Shown: positions 44,731 through 54,700 of the stretch, piece after piece | How positions within the stretch are numbered: position 1 is the first letter of the stretch | Layout: every line of letters starts with the position of its first letter | Assembly (NCBI GenBank): GCA_038884755.1 | Contig: JAWABJ010000001.1 | Coordinates: 256,001 to 320,000, forward strand | From: Candidatus Norongarragalinales archaeon | GTDB taxonomy: Archaea; Micrarchaeota; Micrarchaeia; Norongarragalinales; Norongarragalinaceae | DNA length: 64,000 nt | Reading direction: 5' to 3' | Notes under the pieces: model-generated | What the model saw: only the letters and a program-made list of their open reading frames with translations | Database searches by the model: none | Told to the model about the DNA's origin: nothing | Position numbers and translations under genes: made by a program

Positions 44731-44898
44731 GCGGCGATGGTCTAGTGGCATGATGCGACCTTCCCAATGAATTTTTCTTCAAGAAAGAAAAGTTCAGTAA
44801 AGAAAAAGGTCGCGGCCCGGGTCCGATAGGTGGGAGAAACACAGTTTCTCTTTCTGCCCTCTTCCTTGCGGTGGAGTACGGAAATCCCGGTCGCCGCA
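44731..44898 (+). tRNA. tRNA-Gly(CCC) with two introns (37/38: 44767-44806; 59/60: 44828-44884)
   Basis: GCGGCGA/TCGCCGC acceptor, CGACC/GGTCG anticodon stem around TT-CCC-A, CCGGG/CCCGG T stem, BHB/BHL-like junctions. Confidence 0.9.
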
Positions 44899-44958
44899 CT
44901 CCGTTTTTCAGAAACGATTTAAATCTTTTTTTTTTCCATATTTCGTTCGTATGCCGGC

Positions 44959-45166
44959 AAAACCCACGCCGCGCGCAATCGGAGTTTCGCTCTTGCGCGT
45001 CGCAGTCCACGAAGATGTTTTACACTTTTTTTTTCACGAAGAGCATTCGAAGCCCAAGCCGATTCGCTGGGCTTTGCAATTCGCGCTTTGAGGACGTACC
45101 CCGCGTGGAGGGTGAAGCTCCCTCCTCAAACCCAGCACCAGCCTAAGCTACAATAGCACGGGTTTT
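44959..45166 (-). ncRNA. Candidate structured RNA or 3' UTR element of unknown class
   Basis: Several long helices that close only on the minus strand through G-U pairs. Confidence 0.35.
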
Positions 45167-45719
45167 AGCACTTGAACGTCGAAGCCATGTAGTTTACCAT
45201 TTTCAAGTCTTGCTTGAGCGAAACGGGTATTAGCGAAGTGAGTATTGCGTTGTAGGAAGGGCATTCGAAGTAATGCAGCCTTACCGTGATTTTTTCTCCC
45301 GCGATTTCTTTTTCGAAGGAAATTACCGTCGCCTTGCCGAACGCTTTTCCTTGCGAAAGGGTTTTCCTTTCCTGCGAATCGAGCGAATCTATAGTATCCG
45401 CGGTCAGGGACTGCACGTTTTCGCTTGCAACAGTTATTTCAACCACTTCCGCAATTCCGCGTCCGGATGCGCTGAAACTCACGCGGATTGGGCTGGAAGG
45501 ATCGGGCGATTCGACGGCCCTGAACGACTGCGGATAGCTTATCTCGAATCCAAGCTCGTTCCTGTAAGCAAGGAAATCGTCTTGGCTTACGCCCGAGTAG
45601 TCTTCAAACGCATTTGCCCCGAAGAAGGGCTGAACGTAACCCAGTCCCACGAGAATGCCTACCGCTAGGATTACCGCCGTGACAATCGATATTACCGTTT
45701 TGTTCATGTGTTTCATCAC
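45165..45719 (-). CDS. Membrane-anchored protein with PsbP-like signature, last gene of the giant-protein cluster
   Basis: N-terminal TM, Y.N..GF.ISYP..., C-terminal M..TF; start overlaps the stop of the 3040-aa gene. Confidence 0.7.
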   Translation of the reverse strand: MMKHMNKTVISIVTAVILAVGILVGLGYVQPFFGANAFEDYSGVSQDDFLAYRNELGFEISYPQSFRAVESPDPSSPIRVSFSASGRGIAEVVEITVASENVQSLTADTIDSLDSQERKTLSQGKAFGKATVISFEKEIAGEKITVRLHYFECPSYNAILTSLIPVSLKQDLKMVNYMASTFKC

Positions 45720-48700
45720 GCGTTTCGTTCTCTCATCTGGTTCGCGGTGTTTTCCAACGCGATTTTGGCTTTGGAAGCGGCTTCCTCTTCCTTTCCTTCC
45801 ACCACTTGCACGCTCAAAATTTCTTCGCCCGACGGGGTTTTTTCTACTATCACGAGTCCTTGAGACTGCATTTCGTCGAGCGTTTGCCTGGCGTTTTTGA
45901 CCGCGTCGAAGCTTGCGTCTCCGTTCGCTATTGCCGCGAGCGTTTCGACGCTACCCTGCGCTTGCTCCCTCGCGTCTCCCGCGGCGGTTTCTTCGGAATC
46001 CCCTTCTTGGGAGTAATCGCAAGGCGCGCCTATTTCTTTTTCAGTCAATTCTGCTTCAACGTTTCCTTGGAACGTGGGTTCGACGTCGGGCGCGAACAGG
46101 GAATCAAACAATTCAATGTAGTCATAAGAACCTCCGCTGGCGTCGATGAAGAACATGGCGTACGCAGGAATCTTCTCTCCCTTTTGCACTACGCCACTGT
46201 AGGGAATGTCGAGTTTCTTTACGTACAGGCATGCTTCCTTCCCTTCGCAAGCCTGTTGGGTGAAGCAAAGCCTTTTTTCCTTGTCGCACTTTTTGGTGGC
46301 AGGGTCGTAGTAGCAATACGCTACCGTGGAAGGATTGCCGTTTTCGGCGAAATGCATTGAAACCAAATAGTTCGTGACTCGTTCGGCCAAAGGCGCTTCG
46401 ACAGGCTCGCTTTGCACGTTGGTAATCAAGCTGAGCAACGCGGTGGGCGCGTATTGCGCTAGCAGCCTTCCGATTCTCGCTATTCCCCTTGGCTTCTGCA
46501 CTTGGGGGGTTGAAACCGGTTGCGTAGGCGCCCCGCCTGTTTCTACTTGCTGCGGCGTTCCTCCTGTTGCAGGCGCAGCTCCGCCTGCTCCTGCCCCGCC
46601 GCCCGTAGGCCCGCCGATATTTTGCCCTCCGTGAACCGTTCCGAAGTTTTGGTTTCCGTAATTGATATTGAAGAAGTTGTTGTTTATCCGCTCGTAAGCG
46701 TTTTTGGTTGTGGAAAAAACTCCGCCGGGATTTGTCGCCGCCCTGTAGTAGGAGTAATAGGACGCCCTGGCGCTTGTAGCTGCTTGTCCTGCAGCCGACG
46801 ACGCGCCTGCAGCGGGAATTTCTTGGGGCAGGAACGGGACAGGAAGATAGCGTTGGTATGGCACGGGCAGCATGTTAGGGCGCCTTACTATGGCTCGGTA
46901 CGGCACTAGCGCAGTTCCTTCTTGCGTTATTCTTGCTGTTGCCTTTCGTTCGACGTCGGACAAAATCCTGTTTTTCACGTCCGGAGTGATTTCTCCGAAG
47001 TTGAACTGGTGGCTTTGCCTTCCCGAACGGAAGAATTCGTTGTACAAATAACGCATTTCTTCGGATTCGGAGCCTGTGAGCGTGCTTTTAGCGACGAGTT
47101 CGTCGAGCCTTTGCGCCGCGAAGTAATCGCTGGCGTAGCCTTCAATCACCGCGCCTGTGACTGGCGAGAGTGCAACTGCAGTGAACGCGCCTGTTTGCCT
47201 TCCGAAGCTTCCGCCCGTGACAGCCGCAATGTTGCTTCCTCCGTAAACCGCAGTCGGGTCTTCAACCGAACCGGTTATTGCCGAGCTTACGTAAGTGAAC
47301 GTGGCGCTTCCCAAAGCGCGCAAGGCGATTTGCCTGAATGCGGCTGAAGCCGGCCCGCCGAAGCCGGCGTCTATGAACGCCTGGGGGTACATCACGAAAC
47401 GCAAGTGAGTGCAGAAGTCTGTTCCGGTGCAGGCGTTTGAAGCTGAAACTCCTTTCACGATTCCGCACGAAGAGAGGGTTTCAACGTTGTACAAAATGAG
47501 GTTGGCGCACAACCTTGCTATAAACCCTTGCTGGGGGCCGGGAATGAACGCGCTCGCGCAAGCTGCTGCAGTCCCTCCGTGCCAGCCTATTGCCAACGCA
47601 TTTTTCATTCCCTGCACGTTGGCTTCGCACAACGCGCCGTCGTCGAAAAACGGTTTGGAACTGTCGACGAAACCGTTGGTGTTGAGGTTGTCAAACACTT
47701 GCGGGGAGAGCGAGTACATCGAACTCACGATTTGCCCGGCCATCTTGTAGTCGTTCGCGTCGGCTTTCTCCGAGTACTTGCCTATTTCAATGAAGTCAGG
47801 CAAGCCGTTGAAGCGCATGTTCACCGGGCTTTCGATTATTTCATTGCCGGTATACACGAACAAGTCGTCAGCGGGCATGAGCAAAGGCGCGTTGGCGAGG
47901 GTTTCCTCGCAGCTCATGAGTTTTTGCGAGCGGAATTCGATTTGCAGCGGCTTTTTGCCGCCCTCGATTTTCTTTGGGTCGAACTCGCAGAACCCTCCGC
48001 TTGCGGCGGGGTTCAAGTGCGCTTCGACCAAGTACGCGCCGCATCCCGTGAAGTCGATTTTAGCCTGTTCCGAAACCTTGAACTCCTTGAATTTCGACTG
48101 CCTTCCGATTTGCTCGGCCATTTGCTTCATGGCGTCGTCCAAATCGGCGGCAGCGCGCGTGTTGGACAAGTGCAGGACGAAGCTCATTTTCCACGGGAGG
48201 TTGGTGCAAACCGTCTTCACGCTTGAAGTGTCGTTGGTTTCGGCGTCGAATTTCATGGACGCCACGCTCATGAAGTTGCAAATCGCGTTTATCGCCGAAT
48301 CGTAAGTGCAGAAGTTGTTTTGGCAGTACGCGTAGTTGAAGCCCGGGTCGCACTGCACTTGCTTTTTCTTCAGCTGCGCGCCTGCGACGGGCGAGGGAGT
48401 GGGCGTGGGTTTTTCTCCCGTCGCTCCAACCCAAAGCGTTCCTATTGGCGTGGACGGGTAGAGCGACTCGCTTCCTGCGGGGGGAGTAAACACTTGCACT
48501 TTCAAGGTTTTAACTCTCTCTTCGCCGGTTCTCGCGCCTTTCGCTATGATTTTATAGTCGCTTGCGCTGGCGTGCTTGGCTTCGCATTCGAGGAAGATGC
48601 TTTCGCCTTTCGCAAGGATTTTTCCTCCGGCCACGCTTGCGCCGCGCGCGTTGTCGTAGTAGAAGCAGGATATCTGCTGCCCGTCGTTGGGGAATGAAAG

Positions 48701-51700
48701 CTGCAGGGGCTCGTTCAAGTTGTTGCTGTACGCATAGTAACGCTTGTGTCCAGCGTTCTTGAAGGAAAACAGTTTGTCTCCCTGCAAGTCTATTCCCCCT
48801 TCTGCGCCGGGAGCGGAAGAGCCGGTGCCGTCGACTATCAAGTTCAAGTCTTTGGTTTGCTCTTCAATCGCCTTCGCTGTGCAAGGCACGACTTTCGCGT
48901 CGAGGATTACTTTGGTTTTAAGCTTCTTTTCGTCCTGCTCTTCCTTCTGCTGCATGTCGAAAACGACGTTTCCTTCGTAAACGTACTGCTTGTCTTCCTT
49001 GATGCAGCTTCCGAATCCGGACGAGCTGGGTTGAATGGCTTCCTCGGGAATGTAGAACAAAAGCATGACCTGCTCTTCGCCTTGCTTGAACGGCGCGATT
49101 ACAGCCTGCTGCCCTTGCTCGGTGGTGCGCGTGAAAGAGCCTTTGCGGAAGGCTTTAACCGCTTCGCCGTCGGCGCGTATTGCCGTAACAGCGTATTCGG
49201 TAGAGCCGGGGTTGGAGACGTAAATGATTTTTTGGAAGTCGTTGCTTTGCGTTCCGGAGAGCCCTTGCAAGAGCGAATTGTTGAGGGTTATCGTCATCGC
49301 GTCCAGTTCTTTCGCCGAGCCCGTTTCTTCGGTGATGCTCATGGGAATGGTTCCCCTAACCAGGAAATCGCCGCTCGCCTCTTCGCAAGTGGGAATGAAC
49401 GAAAGCTTTGATTGCGCCGGCACTCCAACGAGTATCCTGCCGTCGGAGTCTGCCTTGTCTGGAATGACGAGCTTGTCTTTGGGCGTGATGCTGAGCTTGT
49501 CGGTGCGCCCTACGTTGTACTTCACGCCCTCGTCCACCACGAGTATTTCCTTGTGTTTTCCTCCGAATGCTATTTCCCCGCTTTTCACCCTGTCGCGGTA
49601 GTTGGCAGGCAGGCTCAACGCCGATTCTTTGGCAAAAGTTATGGACGCTCGTTTCGACTCTTCGTCGGACTTTTCGGGGTTGCACACTTTGAACTTCACG
49701 CTCGTTTTTTCTGGAACGAAAAGGGAATTGCCGGAATGCCTGAATTCGCCCGCTTCAATCCTCTTTACTTTCGGAGTCGTGACGAGCTCTTTTTCTTCCC
49801 TGTCCTTGGTCTTGACTGTAACTTTAGTGCATTGCGGGAGCAAGGCGATTTTCGGCTTGCTTGTTTCAAAGACTTTCGCGCCAGAAGGAATGTCGACGAT
49901 GACTTCTTCCGCAGTGGTGATTTCGAAATCGCACTTCGAGTAGGTGTTTGGGTCTTCAATCACGCTTGCAGTCGCGCCTTTCAAAAACGCCACGGTGGAA
50001 AAGGGTGGGACTATCACGCTCTTCGCACCCCCTCCTTGCGCGTTCAGCTGAACGTCGAAAGCGAATTGCACTGCAACGTCGTCGGCCGCCTTCACCGTGT
50101 TTTTCCTTTTGGTGTTAGCGTCTTGTACTACTATGGAGTTGCTGGGAAAGCGCAGTTCGACGGGAACGGGGAAAGTAACAAGAATGATGTCTTTGTCCAC
50201 GCGCGCGACTCCCGCGGGCACGAAAAACTGGCTGTCGCGCGGCACGAGGACTTCGACCAGCCCGCCGGTCGCTTGTTTTATCTGCGCTTCGCTGGAGAAC
50301 GCAAAGCGGTTTTGCGGCGGGTAGAACACGCCGCGCACGTTTTGCGGGTAGTATTGCGCGTAGTAATTCCACGCGCCGGGAATGTTGGACGCTTGCTGCT
50401 GGGTTTTCTGCGGGTCTATCACCATGCTTCCCTGCGGAAAGCGCATTAGGAACTCCACGGGCAAAGACAACTCAATAGGGTCGAAGGGCATGGGGTTGAG
50501 CAAGCGAGGGTCTATCCACTGGTCGCCTCCGCCGGGTGCATTCGGGTTTTTGGTTTCCTCTGCGAGGTTGATGAATTCAACAGTGGTTCCCTTGGGAATC
50601 ACCGCGACCGTCCTCCCACCTTCGGTTCCCAAAACAACCGCAGCGGGGAACGAGGCGATGGAGCGGGGCATCAAAACGCTGAAGCCGCCTTGGTTGTTGT
50701 TTTTCACTTCGGCATTTGAAGGCATTTCCATCCTCGCGTCAACGGGGAGGGAAAAGCGGGCGGTGTTGGCTTGTTTGGAAACGCGTTGGGGCGCGAGGTA
50801 GAATTTCGTTCCGGTCGGGATGGTAATCCTGTCTTTTTCTTCGGAAATCGAAGCGCCTGTGTCGAACGCCAGGGTTTCCCCGCCCACGCGCATGGCCACG
50901 CTTCCGTCGGCGTTTTCCTTCGCCTGTACGCTTTTGGCGAGCATCAAGTCGGTGGAGAACGGAAGGGTCAGTTCAACCGCGTTTTCGGGCTTGCAGTTTT
51001 GCGTTTGCGCAAAAGTTGTTTTCAAAGTCAAGTCTTTTTTTGAAACTATTCCTTGGAAGGAAACCGCAATCGAAAGCTTTTGTTCACCGCCGGCGGAAAG
51101 CGCAAAACAGTCGGACGCTTGTTCGGGCAAAAGCGTTTTCTTGAGCGTGAATTCTCCCATTCCATTCGGCTCTATCACTATGCTCGCGGGGTCTGCGAAC
51201 AGCCCGGGTTCTTTCAAGTCAAAGCCCGCGAGCAAAGGCAATGGCGATTCGCTTGACAGCCTGACCTTTTTCTCTGCAGTGGGGTTGGACGGGCTGAGCA
51301 CGAATTCGACGGTGGGCGTTTCAATGCTCCACAGCGAGTCGAGGGTTTTCTGTTGGTAGTCTGTTTCTATTTGCAGGGGAACGCGTTGTTCTTTGGAAAA
51401 CCCGCCTACGGTGAACACGAACACGGCGTGTCCTTTCAGGCTTTCGCGCAAGCGCGTGGGGCGAGCGGCGAAGGGAATGGTTTTGAGCGAGGCGTTGAGC
51501 GTGAAGTCCTTGCTTTCGCGGGGCTTGAGCGCGGGTTCCGCTTCCTGCGTTTTTGCTTTCGCTTGCACCTTTATTTCGAATGCAGTGTGCTGCGGGTCTT
51601 CTATCGTCTCTACAATAGCGCTTGAAACTGTGACTTGGTTTTTCAAAAGGTTTTCGAGCTTGAGGTTTACCGCCGTCGAAGGTTGGGAGAGGACGGCTTG

Positions 51701-54700
51701 AATGGCTTCGGGTTGTATTCGCACCATGCTTTCGGGAGTTTTCACGCGCACCGTTCCCTTCAGCACTTCAAAGCCTTCTTTCGCGATTTGGAATTCCCCG
51801 TCCCCGACGAAATCAGGCGTTACGGCCGCTTCGTACGTCCCTTCCTTGGTTTCGGAGAATTGAATTCCGTTGAACGACACGGTTGCGCCGTCGACTGGAA
51901 ATCCCGCCGAGTCGGTTACGCTGAACACAAGTTTCGCTTGTTCGAGCGCGACCAGTTCTTTGGGCGAGTGGGTTTCGCGCAGGGAAAGCTTTTCTTTGGA
52001 AACCACGCGAAGGCGGATTGTTTTTTCTATTGCTCCTGCTTTGAGCTTGATTGAAGCGTCGGAAGCGAGCTTGCGCGGCTGGAATTTCGCGACTGCTTCT
52101 GCAATCCCGCCTTGCTGTTCTAGCGTTATTGAAGCGGAATTGCCTTGCACCGTGCCTTCCCCTTCTTCACCTTTCACTGGGCTCAAGCTTTTTACTTGAA
52201 CTGCGTTGTCACCCGAGAGCGTAAGAGGCTGGGTGGTTTCGGAATATATTTTTACGTGCAGGTTGAACTCGTCGGGATACTTCGCTTCGAGAGTCTGTTT
52301 GCCGTTGTCGAACCAGTATTGCACGCAAGACGTTTTGTCGCAATAGCCTTGCGTCGAGATTTCGAAAACCCCGCTTTGCTGGGTTTCGGCGAGCAGTTCG
52401 TTCTTTCCTTGTCCGGCTTGCGGGTCTTCCGGCTTCCTCAGCAGCCCGCCGGGAAGGTTGAACGCGCTCCTGTGTTCCAACGCAAAGCTTCCGGTGGAAG
52501 CAGTGGTTTTTATTTGAATGGTGATTTCCTTGGTTCCCTTGAATGTTGGAATTGAATAATCAACCCACTTTACCCCCTTGGTTTGCGTTTGCTGCTGTGC
52601 GGAGGAAGTTTTTTTCGCCACTACCGTCACGCTCGCGCGGGTGGAAGGCTTGAGGCCGTCCGAGTAGTAGAACACTCCTTCCTGATTGAACGTTCGCGAG
52701 AACGTCGAGCCGCGGCGCAATTGGGGCGAGGCGAAGCTGCCGTCGTCCGCGTTGATGGAATGCGCGTTGTCGTCTTGCGAAACCCAATTCACCGTATCCC
52801 CTGCTTGCACGATTGCATTTGCCGGAACGAACGCGTTTTCGGTTATGATTATCTTGTTTTGCGCTTGCTGTTGCAAAGGAGGCAGGAAGGAAGAAGCTTG
52901 CGAGTAATCTATCCCCCTTTGCACTACTCCCACAGTTTTGTAAGAGCTTATGACCGCCGGAAGGTTTTCCAGCGGCTCGTCTTGCGAGCCGATGCGCACG
53001 TGGGCGTTGGCGTAGTTGAATTCCAGCCCGCCAGAAGCGAGGGAGTATTTGGCGTTGTAAGTGGTGAAGGGAGAGAGGAGGTTTTTCACTCTGTTGCCTT
53101 GCAAGTCGAACAACCCTTGAAAGTAAAGCCCGGCTTGCACCGCGCTGGTGGAAATGATGTGGAAGTTTTGCTTTGCTTCAGTCGAAGGCGGGACTTTGAA
53201 TTCGCTAGACTGGAATTCCTCGAAGCCTTCGGCAGTTATTCTCGCGAAAGTTTTTCCTTCCATTATTTTTGCGGCGCATTCGCCTTTGGAGTTGGTCGAA
53301 CATTTTGCTACTGCCCCGCTTTCGGAAACCAGGTTTATTACCGCGTTGGGAACAGGTTGCAAAGTGAATTGGTCTGAAACAGTAGCTAAAACCGTTCCTT
53401 GGGTTTTTGGAAGGGTGATTTGGATTTCAGCGCCCTGGCGCGGGGTGAACGCCTTGCTTTTGCCCACTCTCCCGTCTTTGCTCGCGACTGCAACGGTTTT
53501 TTTGTAAGGAACGTTTTCCCATCCTTGGATTCCGTCTACGCCCGTTTGTCTTGCGGGAAATCCGATTGGCCTTCCACGGTCGTCTTGGAGGATTACCGAA
53601 GCTTCGGAAACCCCTTGGCCCGCGGCATCTACTACCTTCACGGTTATCGTTGCTGAATTGCTTTCGTCCGCTTTTTCAAGCGCAAGCTGTTCGCCTGAAG
53701 AAACGCGTTCTTTGAACGCCGGGAGGAACCCGGTTTTGAACGCCATTGCGGAAAACGATTTTGTTTTTTCCACTCCGTCGAAATCCGCGCTTCCGTCCGC
53801 GCGAGTGGTTTTCTCGCCTACGACGGTTTTTTCGGAAAGCAGTTGCACTGCCGCGTCTGCGACTGCATCGTCGTTGCCGTCGACTACGCGCAAGAAAAAT
53901 CCTTCGGGTTCGGCGCTTTCGGCTAGCCTGAATTTTTCTTCGGTTTCGGCTGCAATCGAGATTGTTTTGGCTTCGCGGGCGAAGCCTTTGGCTTCAACGA
54001 CTATTTTAACTTGCCTTCCGAGCGCAAGCTGTTGGGGTTCGGTTGTTCCAGCCTCGCCGGTGTTGAGTGAAAGCAGTTTTTCGTTGGTCGCCGCGTCGAA
54101 GACCGTCACGCTGGCGTTTTGAATGGGGTTGCCGTCCACGCCGATAGTGTCAAAAACCCCCACGTAAAGAACTCCATTTTTTTCCTCGCCAGTTGGAAGG
54201 AGGGTTATTCGCTTTGCCGGGGAATCGCTTTGCCCCACGCTTACTTCGACAGTTTCGTCTTCAAAACCGTCGGCGCTCGCTTTGAGCGTGTATTGCGAGT
54301 TCGGTTCTACTGAAAAGAACGCAGTTTTCCCGAACCTTTCCCCGACTATATTGCCAGAATCGTCGTACAATTGTATTTTGGCGGCTTCGGGTCCGTCGAC
54401 GCTTGCGCTCAGCGAGACTTTGCGCGTTTGCACCGCTTGAGAGTAGACGCTTTTTTGCGAGAGTTCGTTGTTAGCCACGCTTATGCTGAAGCTTCCCGCG
54501 TCAGGAAAAACCGCGTCAGTCGAATAAACGGCCCCTCGGTATTCTCCCGGCGGAATTTTTTCGAAAAACGCTTCGCCGCTCGAGCCGGTTTTTTGCGTTT
54601 CGCTCACGCCGTTCCCTTGCAGCGTCACCGACGCGCCTGAAATGGGGTCGCCTGCGGCAGAAAAGACTTTTACTGAAACGCTTCCCGCCTGCTGGCCTGG

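Noticed and set aside
44663..45010. N-terminal extension of the SpoIIM-like ORF to 407 aa
   Set aside because: It overlaps the tRNA gene; the likely start is ATG 44662
44951..45034. H/ACA sRNA on the plus strand (stem followed by ACA and a T-run), or a 46-aa ORF starting at 44951
   Set aside because: No K-turn and wrong pocket-to-ACA spacing; the ORF has no RBS and crosses a T-tract
45090..45145. RNase P RNA (GGCUGGUG...GAGGAGGGAGCUUCACCCUCC resembles conserved region I)
   Set aside because: No ACAGAA-type conserved region V and no convincing P4 partner downstream
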